The notes: generated by a model not told the origin, from the letters alone. DNA of 64,000 nt from a virus (IMGVR_UViG_3300033512_000345:1-64000); one strand, 5' to 3'; counted from the first letter of the stretch, positions 46,125-55,330 are shown. A program made the numbers and translations.

Positions 46125-46793
46125 TTATTTCTCGCCATCACTACGGAAATTGATATTCTTGAAGATATTCTCATAGTATTCCTTGGTTCCAGGAATATCC
46201 TTGGGATCCGGAGCTTTGGTTTTTTTGTTTGTCATTTTCTTGTAGAAGCCGGAGGATTCCTTGGCTTTTGCCAGTTCAGTTGCTGCCAGCATTGCTGCAG
46301 TAGCTATAACAGCTAATGCACCATAAGGGCTGGTGTCATTTTTCATTTGATCCTTGACGGTTTTGAGAAGAGCTACCGCCATGTTTTCAACCATTTCAGA
46401 GTTTCGATTCAGGACAGAATGGTTGGTGGTTTTCAAGACTTTGATCTTTTCGTCTCCAGTCATTTCATAAGGATCTTTTCCTGCTGCTTCGGCAAGAAGG
46501 TAACGGGGCATAAACATCCGACCAATAACTTGCATGAGCTGGTCTTCATCAAGAAGATCAAGCTCTTCATGAGCAAACATCATGAGGACAGCACTTTTCA
46601 TGGCCTCTTCAAGATCTGTACCTTGCAGGTGAAGCAGGGCACAAGTGTCTTTTTCATTGCATTTGGCACAATCACTAGGATCGTGCCCCTGCATGATGTC
46701 TTTGAGAGAGAAGTGCTTGGACTTATTCGGGTCCTTTGAAAAGGAAAAGGGACCCTCATCAAAGGCTCCCCCGAAGAAATTGTCTTTTGCCAT
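46125..46793 (-). CDS. hypothetical protein
   Basis: 222 aa. RBS GAAGGAG. Confidence 0.7.
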   Translation of the reverse strand: MAKDNFFGGAFDEGPFSFSKDPNKSKHFSLKDIMQGHDPSDCAKCNEKDTCALLHLQGTDLEEAMKSAVLMMFAHEELDLLDEDQLMQVIGRMFMPRYLLAEAAGKDPYEMTGDEKIKVLKTTNHSVLNRNSEMVENMAVALLKTVKDQMKNDTSPYGALAVIATAAMLAATELAKAKESSGFYKKMTNKKTKAPDPKDIPGTKEYYENIFKNINFRSDGEK

Positions 46794-46805
46794 CTTTGGC
46801 TCCTT

Positions 46806-47219
46806 CTACGATCTCGTGATCGTTCCATAGACCTGCTCTTGAGTCACGGAAGGATTTGGTAGCCTTTCGGACTCGAGCTTTTGGTCTCGTTTGTTTGTGG
46901 AATTATCGGGTTCAACCCGAGCGGCAGCGTGAAGCATCTTGAATTCTTCAAGAAGCTGTTTGAGCATTTTGATCTGATCGTCTGGAGTTTCCTTTTGGGT
47001 GTTGCCAATATAAGTTGGACTTCCAATAACATCTATGAGACCTTCAAGTCTTTGATAGAACGGGCGGCCTTCCATGATATCTGTATCTACCTTGATCAAC
47101 AAGGATTCCAGATTCATGGTCAATAAGGTGTCTTTGGTGCAAAGAGAATGAACTTTCTCGACTAATGGTCGAGTGGATTCTTTCCAAAGGTGAACAGCGT
47201 TTACTTTTATCATAGCCAT
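46806..47219 (-). CDS. hypothetical protein
   Basis: 137 aa. RBS GAGGAGA. Confidence 0.7.
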   Translation of the reverse strand: MAMIKVNAVHLWKESTRPLVEKVHSLCTKDTLLTMNLESLLIKVDTDIMEGRPFYQRLEGLIDVIGSPTYIGNTQKETPDDQIKMLKQLLEEFKMLHAAARVEPDNSTNKRDQKLESERLPNPSVTQEQVYGTITRS

Positions 47220-47281
47220 TGGGGAGGTCTCCTCTCAATTGGAGCTTTATAGTAACATTCTACTACAAAAACCCACAAATC

Positions 47282-48106
47282 TCAAGATTGAGACGAGAGT
47301 AAAGATTCAGATTTCAAAGAGACTGGAGCAAATTGCGGATAATCTTTCACAAAAGCTGAAACCAGTTCAAGAACATTTGAGAAAATCTGATGAGCAGAAT
47401 CTACAGAATTTGTAGGTTCATCTTCTGGGACATAGCTTCCGTAAAGTTCATCCATAAGAATAGCAAGAAGTTCTTTGGTTGCATCACTGGTCTCTTCATC
47501 ATAATCTGGATTCAATGACATCATATCTAGATTAACAATGCCACGAAGATCGGAAAGGAAGTTTGTGAAGTCCAAGGTAGCCTGATCGGATCCTTCGAGA
47601 TCATATTGATTAAGCCAATCCCGAATCTTAACAGGAACACCATTGGTCTTTCCGCAGGTGATAGGTTGAACGAAGTAAAACTGATCGATTTCGCCGGTTT
47701 TCTGATCAATGAAAGTTCCTCTTCCAAGAGGATAAACTGCACAGATAAAAGGTTTATCAGATTGAATCAGGCAGCTGGCTTTGTCTCCTCCATCTGAAAA
47801 ACGGAGAAATGGACAAAAGCTGAAATCATCTTCAGTGACAGGATTGTGCATGTGAACCATGCGTAAGGTTGCAATAGGAAAATGAGTGTTCTCGCCAATG
47901 TGAAACTTAATGAAATTGTTACACACTTCGATTGAAGGCATTTTCAATGCATTGGCGATACGGACAATATCCCATACAGAAACCATGATTTCGTCATTGA
48001 TACAGCATTTTCCACATTGATTACATTGAAACTGAAAGGTGTCGTCGAGAGTTAAATGAGGAATCTCACCATCCACGACGTTTTGAATGATCTCTTGAAG
48101 TTCCAA
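47282..48106 (-). CDS. YkgJ/FliB-type CxxCxxCC cysteine-cluster protein
   Basis: CNQCGKCC motif about 35 aa from the start. TTG at 48106 lies 6 nt after AGGAGG, whereas the upstream ATGs in the track ORF lack an RBS. Confidence 0.65.
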   Translation of the reverse strand: MELQEIIQNVVDGEIPHLTLDDTFQFQCNQCGKCCINDEIMVSVWDIVRIANALKMPSIEVCNNFIKFHIGENTHFPIATLRMVHMHNPVTEDDFSFCPFLRFSDGGDKASCLIQSDKPFICAVYPLGRGTFIDQKTGEIDQFYFVQPITCGKTNGVPVKIRDWLNQYDLEGSDQATLDFTNFLSDLRGIVNLDMMSLNPDYDEETSDATKELLAILMDELYGSYVPEDEPTNSVDSAHQIFSNVLELVSAFVKDYPQFAPVSLKSESLLSSQS

Positions 48107-48150
48107 GCAAAACCTCCTTTTCTGACTGTTCACAGTCATGGGGAAGAAAG

Positions 48151-48170
48151 GGGGAGCCAAAAGACTCCCC
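48151..48170 (-). terminator. short hairpin plus CUUUCUU
   Basis: GGGGAG-UCUUUUGG-CUCCCC, between 48187..48969 and the next RBS. Confidence 0.4.
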
Positions 48171-48186
48171 CCGTTCCATAAGATTG

Positions 48187-48969
48187 TTAATCTTCTTCAA
48201 TTTTTGCCATGGTGCTTTCATAATAGGTCGAAGCAATACGTCCCAAAGCATCAAGGAACGTGCTTTCTAGATTAACTTGAGAAACCGATAGGCTCATGGA
48301 GACAATACCAAAGTCTCCAAGCATTTTCCTAATTCGGCCAAGGGATTCAAAGCTGAGCTTTCCGATTCGGTCTTCGATGGCCTTGATAATCAAACGTTCT
48401 TCTTGGGCTCCACTGGTGCCCCAGCCGTATTGCATACGCTGACGGAGAATGCCGATCATGTATCCCACTGTTCTTTTGGAAGGGGCCTTCTTGGATACTT
48501 CATTGATGACGTTGACCCACCAGGTCTTTCCTGGAAGAGCACGATCTTTCATAATCAGATATTGTTCGCAAAAGACATCCACTTCATCTTGTGTAGGAGT
48601 ACCAATGCGATGATAAAATTCTGACACGACTTCATGAAGCTCCGGAAGCATAGGTCTTTCAATATTTCTGTAGTAATAGTTTGCGGGATCGAATTCGAGT
48701 ATCAATGGAGTAACTTCTTTCAAATCAGACAAAGACTTCAAAACAGGAACCTTCTCCGCTGTCTGCACCGGGCCCTGAGCGATCGTCTTGGCGGGCAGCG
48801 GAATCATGTCTGTCTCTTCGTCATCATCCAAATGAATTGATACACCAACATTTCCATATGAAGATGTGACAACTTTCTTGACAGAGATGGGGTCGTCCTG
48901 TTGGTCCCAAGGATTTTTAGCAGGTTTTGAATACGGGGAATAAGGTTTCGACATTTTCTGATGAGCCAT
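48187..48969 (-). CDS. possible DnaD-domain replication initiation / helicase-loading protein
   Basis: EFYHRIGTPTQDEVDVF...INEVSKKAPSKRTVGYMIGILRQRMQYGWG follows the F...IG..T......I...........I..A.......K....Y...IL..W...G pattern of DnaD/DnaB_2 C-terminal domains. Judged by eye only. Confidence 0.45.
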   Translation of the reverse strand: MAHQKMSKPYSPYSKPAKNPWDQQDDPISVKKVVTSSYGNVGVSIHLDDDEETDMIPLPAKTIAQGPVQTAEKVPVLKSLSDLKEVTPLILEFDPANYYYRNIERPMLPELHEVVSEFYHRIGTPTQDEVDVFCEQYLIMKDRALPGKTWWVNVINEVSKKAPSKRTVGYMIGILRQRMQYGWGTSGAQEERLIIKAIEDRIGKLSFESLGRIRKMLGDFGIVSMSLSVSQVNLESTFLDALGRIASTYYESTMAKIEED

Positions 48970-49003
48970 GTGATCCTTTCCGAACGGCTCTACCGTTACA
49001 GGG

Positions 49004-49282
49004 TCATCGCCAAGGTTTAATAGAAAGCATGCACGCTATAAACAGGAGCAAGAAGTAAAACAAAGTGGCTGGGAAAAAGAACAGATACAGGACCCAAGTA
49101 AACAGATTAACACGAAGGGCTTGACGGAAAAATTTGTTCCAGTCCTGATAACAGGACCTGAAGGTATACTGAGGCCAGCCAACCATCTTAACAAGACTTC
49201 CTGCAAAAACAGGTAGGATGGCAAGAAACAAAAAACATGAAGCAATATAAATCCAGAACAAAGACAGAATTTGAAGATTCAT
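49004..49282 (-). CDS. small membrane protein
   Basis: Start trimmed to ATG at 49282 (AAAGGAGGTG). Three hydrophobic segments. Confidence 0.6.
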   Translation of the reverse strand: MNLQILSLFWIYIASCFLFLAILPVFAGSLVKMVGWPQYTFRSCYQDWNKFFRQALRVNLFTWVLYLFFFPATLFYFLLLFIACMLSIKPWR

Positions 49283-49304
49283 GTCGTCACCTCCTTTCAT
49301 CTTT

Positions 49305-49318
49305 CCCCCGATAGGGGG
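49305..49318 (-). repeat. CCCCCGATAGGGGG hairpin element, in a 5' leader
   Basis: 5-bp G:C stem with a 4-nt loop, located 4 nt upstream of an ATG and 22 nt upstream of the favoured start. Confidence 0.7.
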
Positions 49319-49342
49319 TAACGTCGTTTTCTGGAGCATGTC

Positions 49343-49579
49343 TTACACGTATTTTCCCCATTCAATCCAGTAACCTGGATGGGATACGTCAAGATCTGCG
49401 ATATCCCGATTAAGTACAGTCTCTTCAAGTGTATAAACTGTACCGCAAACGAGAATTTCCTGAGGAAAATTTTTGACGATCGTTGGATTTGTTCCAGATC
49501 CGATTGTCAATGTTTTGTCCGGCTGTCGTCTACCAATCAGGTCAATGCCGGCGATTTCAAATGATCGAGGTTCATACAT
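49343..49579 (-). CDS. hypothetical protein
   Basis: ATG at 49579 follows GGAGGTG by 9 nt. The GTG in the track abuts the SD sequence. Confidence 0.55.
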   Translation of the reverse strand: MYEPRSFEIAGIDLIGRRQPDKTLTIGSGTNPTIVKNFPQEILVCGTVYTLEETVLNRDIADLDVSHPGYWIEWGKYV

Positions 49580-49676
49580 AGTTTTGGACACCTCCTCGTG
49601 TCACAGGGGGGCTGAATTTGAGAATAGAAATGAATAGGCCTTTCAATTTTCAAAGAACGAAGGTCAACAAATTCAG

Positions 49677-49710
49677 GCAATAAAAACGGGGATAACTCTA
49701 TTATCCCCGT
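49677..49710 (-). terminator. rho-independent terminator
   Basis: ACGGGGAUAA-UAGAG-UUAUCCCCGU (10 bp) followed by UUUUUAUUG on the minus strand. Confidence 0.75.
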
Positions 49711-49734
49711 CCTGATCGTGTTATGCAAGTATGT

Positions 49735-50184
49735 TCAGTGGAAGTTTGAGCAATAAAAAACAGAAGCCAACATATAAGATAACAAAGTAATGAATGAAAC
49801 AGCATTGGTTGCTAGATAAATTCGCCCAAACCAGTTCTCTGTACTTGGATTGATCAATCTTTTAAGAATATACAAAACAAGAAGAATGGAACTTAGCAGA
49901 CGAACAACAGGTAATGGACTAAAAACAATGACAAGAAATATACCGATTTTATATAAAGTGATCAGGGTGTAAAGAATCTTGTCTGGAGTACTAACGTAAA
50001 CTTGATTCCAGATGATTCTTTCTGGAAAGAAAAAATCTCTGGAAGTTCTATGATGTCGGTTGTAGATCCGACGCGTTCTTGCTCTGCTGAAGAGATTGTG
50101 GATATTTGGATGGCCATAGGCAATCTCAAATATCTCAGTAAGAAGACCTATAAGAATAACAACAACAATCCATGTGTATGACAT
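49735..50184 (-). CDS. multi-pass membrane protein
   Basis: ATG at 50184, 7 nt after GGAGG. Four or five hydrophobic helices. Confidence 0.65.
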   Translation of the reverse strand: MSYTWIVVVILIGLLTEIFEIAYGHPNIHNLFSRARTRRIYNRHHRTSRDFFFPERIIWNQVYVSTPDKILYTLITLYKIGIFLVIVFSPLPVVRLLSSILLVLYILKRLINPSTENWFGRIYLATNAVSFITLLSYMLASVFYCSNFH

Positions 50185-50206
50185 GGGCACCCCTCCTCTC
50201 CCTTTT

Positions 50207-50215
50207 ATTGTATCA
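50207..50215 (-). promoter_or_regulatory. candidate extended -10 element TGATACAAT
   Basis: In the 112-bp gap, about 10 nt upstream of the RBS region of the 50184 gene. Confidence 0.35.
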
Positions 50216-50302
50216 TGGGAACAAAGAGTGGGAAAACGTAGAATTTACTGATAAGAGCGATGTTATGGTGATTTTGATAAATTTCAATAAGACATGGGTT
50301 GA

Positions 50303-50773
50303 CTAAAATTCTTCTGGAACCTGTCTGAAAACGATTGTGAATCGATCATCTAGAGATTCTACCAGGGGCTTAACGTCTTGCCAAGCTCGACGACCATTTC
50401 CACATCCGGGAGCAGGCAGGTAAATACGTTTCCAGCCAAACTTGTCTGCCAGTTGTTCAATTTCCCCAACAGATCTCTTGATCAGTTCAAGATCAGCAGC
50501 ATCCGACCAATGATGCTTGACAACAAAAGTCGCCAGATGCACTTGACCAGAACGAAAAGGATACTTGCCAACATTGAAGCAGCGGTTCCCATGTTGTTTG
50601 ATGAGCTGTCCGACCTTGAGCTGGAACCCGGGAAACAGACGGCTAGCTTGTGCTGCGATGCCACGACCCATGACACAGCAGCCGTCTTTGCGGACACATC
50701 CATTGCTTGTAATACAGAGGATGTCTCCAGGCTTCAAGACTTGAATGATGTCCTGGACGACAAGTGTCTTCAT
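50303..50773 (-). CDS. macro-domain-like protein (possible ADP-ribose binding or hydrolysis)
   Basis: GDILCITSNGCVRKDGCCVMGRGIAAQ and RIYLPAPGCGNGRRAW parallel the macro-domain motifs (D)VIVNAAN..L..GGGV.GAI and VAFP.ISTG.YG. Judged by eye only. Confidence 0.45.
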   Translation of the reverse strand: MKTLVVQDIIQVLKPGDILCITSNGCVRKDGCCVMGRGIAAQASRLFPGFQLKVGQLIKQHGNRCFNVGKYPFRSGQVHLATFVVKHHWSDAADLELIKRSVGEIEQLADKFGWKRIYLPAPGCGNGRRAWQDVKPLVESLDDRFTIVFRQVPEEF

Positions 50774-51201
50774 AAAGAGTCCCCCTTCTGTCCAAGAGCA
50801 TCACAAACCTTGCGATAGGCTTGATCTTCATCTTTAATCCAATCTAATCCGATTATCAATCGGAAAGGAAGATTTTTTTCATAAGCTATGCGAATCATGT
50901 GAGCAGTTCCTTTTGATTCTCCGTCCCAAAAGGCAATCAGGGCATGGGCTGTCTTGGCCATTTCAACGTTTCGAATATAGCCTGCAGATTTTCCATGAAG
51001 ATTCCAATCAGCCGGAAAACGTTTAATGTCGAGACCGTTTTGTTCTGCATAAATTTCTCCATAACGGTCAACGCCTCGAGCTGTTCCAGAGAAGATGGTC
51101 ACATCAGGTTTCTTGTATTCCAAGAACCTGTCGCAGTAATCATGAATTACAGGATAAGACTCTGGATAATTTCGGCTGCCGGCAATAATCACGTTGAACA
51201 T
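50770..51201 (-). CDS. SLOG-superfamily DUF2493 (YspA-like) protein
   Basis: Start trimmed to ATG at 51201 (AGGAGGG). IIAGSR, IFSGTARGVDRYGE, FPADW..HGKSAGYIRN and AFWDGESKGT. Confidence 0.8.
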   Translation of the reverse strand: MFNVIIAGSRNYPESYPVIHDYCDRFLEYKKPDVTIFSGTARGVDRYGEIYAEQNGLDIKRFPADWNLHGKSAGYIRNVEMAKTAHALIAFWDGESKGTAHMIRIAYEKNLPFRLIIGLDWIKDEDQAYRKVCDALGQKGDSL

Positions 51202-51241
51202 CAGACCCTCCTGAATTATTTGATGTTTATATAAGTATACT

Positions 51242-52063
51242 TTATTCCGGAGCGTGTTCATACTCTGTAGATTCATCGTCCGGATCCCAATCTGCAGGAA
51301 TGATGATGATCGTTTTGTTCATGTAGAGATTTAGAACGAACAAGTCAAAAGGATCCATGTATCGGACCTCCATCGAATTGCGTCCTTCTCGACCTTTAAT
51401 GTAAACAGACAGAATAGAGAAACCATTAAGAATCGTATGATTCTTTGAAAGAGTGAATCCCTTAGCGTCACTGGTTTTTGAACGTTTGGAGTAAAAACTG
51501 TCTGAAGGCTTGATTTCGTCATCTTCTGGTGCAAAAACAAATTCCCACCATTGATGCCTTTCATCATAAGCTGCCGACATATACCAGTTCCCACGATTAT
51601 GCTGTTCTTCTTCGTCGGTTTCATTATTGATATACTTCCGGTATTCTTCTATCAGTTCTTCGATAGTAATGGATTCTCGTTTTTGAACAAGCATGAGGTT
51701 AAGGTTGTTCTGAATCTTTTTCTGAAGATCTTCAGCCATGGTTCCATGGATCAATTCATTCACTGTCTTCCCAATGTATGTATTGTAAGCAGAAAAACCC
51801 ACGGAGCTCACGATAGTGGAAACGTTCTTTTCCACTTCCTTAGAGATGAGATTCTTAAGAGAATAGGAGCCCAACGCATCAGCGACGCCGGCCTGAATGG
51901 TCTTTTCTATGCCGTCAGTAATCATTTTATGAACTGTACCAGAAGAGAACAAATCATTCATCTTCTGGGTAATGATACTTCCCAAGTCAATCACATGAGC
52001 CGGGGCTTCTTTGGGAAGTTCGTGTTGTGGAGTGTCATCGATCTTGCTTTTGTTGTTATTCAT
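51242..52063 (-). CDS. hypothetical protein
   Basis: 273 aa. RBS TAGGAGGA. Confidence 0.7.
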   Translation of the reverse strand: MNNNKSKIDDTPQHELPKEAPAHVIDLGSIITQKMNDLFSSGTVHKMITDGIEKTIQAGVADALGSYSLKNLISKEVEKNVSTIVSSVGFSAYNTYIGKTVNELIHGTMAEDLQKKIQNNLNLMLVQKRESITIEELIEEYRKYINNETDEEEQHNRGNWYMSAAYDERHQWWEFVFAPEDDEIKPSDSFYSKRSKTSDAKGFTLSKNHTILNGFSILSVYIKGREGRNSMEVRYMDPFDLFVLNLYMNKTIIIIPADWDPDDESTEYEHAPE

Positions 52064-52074
52064 GAAATATCCTC

Positions 52075-52644
52075 CTATGCGTTGGCTTCGCTCATCCCGT
52101 CTTGATCTTCCAAAGCAGGGTCGTCAATGATGACATGTTTGCCTTTGGAAGCTTTCGTAGCAGGAACGGCGGCCTTGATGGTGGGGGTGATTTGATTGAT
52201 GGTCTGAAAGAGCTGACTGAAGATTTGAAGATGCTTGTACTTCTGTTCGAAATACTTCAGTTCGCTCAAGGCATTCTGAATGGTCTGCTGGGTAAAGTCT
52301 GCATCAGACATAGCATTCTCGATGGTAACGTACTTTCTTTTTTCCTCGTTTGCCGGTGTCGTGTATGTTACAGACACAAAGGCTCTGACCTCCGGTTCCT
52401 GAGGAAGAACCTGAACACGGACAATCTGTCCGATCAGGGTTCTGGCTTGTTGTTCCCTCCATTTTTCGGCAGCAATCCCATCTTTCCATTCGAAGCATTT
52501 GTGAAGGACAGCGTTGGGAGGCCTTGCCTGATCGACGATAAGGGGCGGATCGATTACTCCAAAGTTCTTTTCAATATTCTCCAGTTCTTGTCCGGCTGTT
52601 TGAGCGTCAACCGGAAACGACATACTCCTGTACTTGTAAATCAT
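52075..52644 (-). CDS. hypothetical conserved phage-type protein
   Basis: 189 aa. RBS AAGGAGG. The N-terminal LHKCFEWKDGIAAEKWREQQARTLI motif resembles a phage family I cannot name. Confidence 0.7.
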   Translation of the reverse strand: MIYKYRSMSFPVDAQTAGQELENIEKNFGVIDPPLIVDQARPPNAVLHKCFEWKDGIAAEKWREQQARTLIGQIVRVQVLPQEPEVRAFVSVTYTTPANEEKRKYVTIENAMSDADFTQQTIQNALSELKYFEQKYKHLQIFSQLFQTINQITPTIKAAVPATKASKGKHVIIDDPALEDQDGMSEANA

Positions 52645-53231
52645 AAAACCTCCTTGTAATCATTACCTGGCACACCTCGACGTGCCTCAACACAGCTCAC
52701 CCGAATACAACTTGCCTAAACGAAACTTACCAAGAAGAGCCTCAGCCAACCTTGCCTGCCGCACCTCAACGAACCAGACCGTATCATGCCGAACCTCACC
52801 TGACCAGACACAACCTCGCCTGCCTTACCACAACGAATCATACAGACCAAACCCCAACAAAACTCACCGTGCCTGCCACAACTAACCTCAACTAACCAGA
52901 ACTGAACTGAACTCACCGTGCCTGCCCAACCAGACCGGAACTGAACATAATAAGACGCACCTCATCTAACCTGAACTCGCCTTGCCTGCCAAACCTCATC
53001 ATGCCTTGCATTACCTTGACTCAAGATAACATAACGTGCCGAGCCTGCCACACCGAGCCGAGCCCTGCCGTGCCGAACCGTGACCTAACACACCGCAGCA
53101 TAACAGACCGTACCGTGCCTGCCGAACCACAACCTAACTAACCTTAAGAGAACGCGACCCAACCCACCTTGCCTGCCAGACCTTATCTGACCATATTCTG
53201 CCGTACCACACATCACCTTGCCTGCCTTGAT
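52645..53231 (-). repeat. non-coding array of at least 9 dispersed direct repeats with core GCCTGCC (consensus CC(G/T)TGCCTGCC on the plus strand)
   Basis: Cores start at 52754, 52818, 52871, 52920, 52984, 53043, 53117, 53171 and 53220. The plus strand is about 70% A+C. No ORF has an RBS. Confidence 0.85.
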
Positions 53232-53852
53232 TTATTCGACGTGGTACATGCCAAAGCTTCCGCCTTTTTCTGCACGCCATTCTCCTACGCCAGTGGCAAA
53301 TCCGCCCAGGTTGAACAGGTTGACGATTTGGTCAAGGCTCATGACATTGGCATTGTAACGAACATTGAGGTAAGCTTCCCATTTCGGGAATTCTGCACGA
53401 TAACGGATGTCCGTAGTCATTTGGATGCGAACCATGTCTTCTCGAGACTGAGGGGTTCCAATGATTTCAACCAGTTCTCCGATGATATGAAAGGCTCCAT
53501 TGGTCGAAACCTTGTCCTTGGTGATGCCGGCACGATAACCAGCAGACACGGCAGAAGCCTTGAACCCTGTGGACGGGAATCCGAAATGACCCTTGGCAAT
53601 GTCTTCTTCTGTCGGGGTCTCCGGGCATTCAGACATCCAGTAGAGAGATTCAACATAGTCTCTGAAAGGATTCTTTGCCGTTTTGCCGTTGGATGCCTTT
53701 TTCATCTGCTTGTCCAGCATCTCATTCTTGGCTTTTTCGGACCATTTGTGAACGATCAGGGGAGAATCCCCAACCACATGAATGACGGCTGTTCTGAGGT
53801 CGATCTTGATGAGGGAAACGTTGACTGAAGTATCGATAACTGCCTTTGCCAT
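53232..53852 (-). CDS. hypothetical conserved protein, last gene of the tmk-radical SAM operon
   Basis: Start trimmed to ATG at 53852 (TAGGAGGA). 206 aa. Confidence 0.7.
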   Translation of the reverse strand: MAKAVIDTSVNVSLIKIDLRTAVIHVVGDSPLIVHKWSEKAKNEMLDKQMKKASNGKTAKNPFRDYVESLYWMSECPETPTEEDIAKGHFGFPSTGFKASAVSAGYRAGITKDKVSTNGAFHIIGELVEIIGTPQSREDMVRIQMTTDIRYRAEFPKWEAYLNVRYNANVMSLDQIVNLFNLGGFATGVGEWRAEKGGSFGMYHVE

Positions 53853-53872
53853 GATAAATCCTCCTATGGGGA

Positions 53873-54634
53873 TCATTCCCCGCTTGCTTGTGACAAGTCC
53901 AATTCGGACTCGTTTACGGCCCTCAGTATAATATTTCTGAGCGGCTCGTTTCTGAGATTTCCAAGAGACCTGTGGTCGATCATTGAATAAGACTGGTCGC
54001 AATTGATGACGATATTGCCATTGGCTGAAACGTAAAGTTGTTCGACCCAAAGGGTAGGCCCTTCAGGTTCCCTGACCTCAATATTTATGGGGTCATCGTG
54101 ATATTGAACTGGGGATGGTTTCTTTCCAATTTGATTCAAACGGGCATTGCCGACATCTAAGAGATATCGACTTCTCTCATGTGGACGGTTCCCACTGATT
54201 TCGTCATGAGATGTGGAATAGAAAGACAAGGCCTTGACCCTATCGACATTCTTTTGAGGAATGTCATCGTGGTAATCATCTCTGCTGACTGTGATGCTGC
54301 AGGATTCCTTATCGTCTGCATACAGATAGAATTCGACCATTTCCTGCAGGGCTGACGGATTGTCTTGCTTGGCATTGGTAGCCACAAAGAATCCTCCAAA
54401 GTAAACGTTGTTGGATTCCATGAGACGACGAGTTTCCTGGATGGCTTTGAGGTTAAGAAAAGGTTCTCCTCCCGTAAAAACAAGTTCATGAACTTCTTCC
54501 ACGTCTTCAAAGAGATTGGCCAGGATCTGATCTGTCATGTCCACGTTTCTGGCTTTGCCCCGAAGACAATGGGCACAAGACATGTTGCAGCGACGGGTCG
54601 TTTCAATCAGGAGATTGTTGATGATCAGCTTCAT
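53873..54634 (-). CDS. radical SAM enzyme
   Basis: CNMSCAHC (CX3CX2C) at residues 16-23 and FTGGEPFL. 253 aa. ATGA overlap with the tmk stop. Confidence 0.88.
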   Translation of the reverse strand: MKLIINNLLIETTRRCNMSCAHCLRGKARNVDMTDQILANLFEDVEEVHELVFTGGEPFLNLKAIQETRRLMESNNVYFGGFFVATNAKQDNPSALQEMVEFYLYADDKESCSITVSRDDYHDDIPQKNVDRVKALSFYSTSHDEISGNRPHERSRYLLDVGNARLNQIGKKPSPVQYHDDPINIEVREPEGPTLWVEQLYVSANGNIVINCDQSYSMIDHRSLGNLRNEPLRNIILRAVNESELDLSQASGE

Positions 54635-55296
54635 AGGCAGGATTCCTCCTCGAAGTTGAATGGAGAGGCTGAAGAATAGTACTTCTGGGTGATGTGACGC
54701 AAGATAGCACAGGACAAAAGATCGGGAGAAAGGGTTGCGTCCACCACCCGGATACGGGCCGGATCAGCCTCTGCCAAGAAATGATATCCTTCATAGACAC
54801 GAGCATGAAAATCGAGCTGTTCTTGTTCAAGGCGATCGGCCGCCTCTCCTGTTCCCATTCTCCGCAACATGGACTGCTCCGGAGGAAGGTTCAAAAAGAA
54901 GGTCATGTCAGGAATGGTGCCATCAATGGCTGCGACATTGGCTTTCTGAACATAGTCCAAACCCAGTTGACGACCAAAGCCCTGATAGGCATAACTGGAG
55001 TCTACGAACCTGTCACACAGGATGACTTTTCCGGATTCAAGAGCTGGTCGAATAACCTGTCTGACAAGCTGGGCACGAGAGGCTGCGTAGAGAAGCATCT
55101 CTGCTTCTGCTGTCATTTCTTGATTATTCAAGTCCAACAGAAGAGACCGAATCTTTTCTCCTATGGCTGTTCCTCCGGGTTCTCGAATCAAAGCCGTCTC
55201 TCTTCCCGCAAGTTGAAACCACTTGGACAGTTTCAGAATTTGGGTCGTCTTTCCGCATCCGTCGTTTCCTTCGAATGAAATGAATAATCCTTTCAT
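54631..55296 (-). CDS. tmk: thymidylate (dTMP) kinase
   Basis: Start trimmed to ATG at 55296 (AGGAGG). FISFEGNDGCGKTTQ, REPGGT and the DR(F/Y).DS region. Confidence 0.9.
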   Translation of the reverse strand: MKGLFISFEGNDGCGKTTQILKLSKWFQLAGRETALIREPGGTAIGEKIRSLLLDLNNQEMTAEAEMLLYAASRAQLVRQVIRPALESGKVILCDRFVDSSYAYQGFGRQLGLDYVQKANVAAIDGTIPDMTFFLNLPPEQSMLRRMGTGEAADRLEQEQLDFHARVYEGYHFLAEADPARIRVVDATLSPDLLSCAILRHITQKYYSSASPFNFEEESCL

Positions 55297-55330
55297 AAAG
55301 GCCTCCTGATGTAAATTAAGCAACAGAAAA

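Noticed and set aside
52645-53231. Considered whether the spaced repeats form a CRISPR array, and whether the two track ORFs (52682..52885 + and 52716..52916 -) are genes.
   Set aside because: The conserved core is only about 11-13 nt and is degenerate. Spacing is irregular (49-74 bp), the repeats are not palindromic and no cas genes are present. The ORFs are low-complexity products of the skewed composition and have no RBS.
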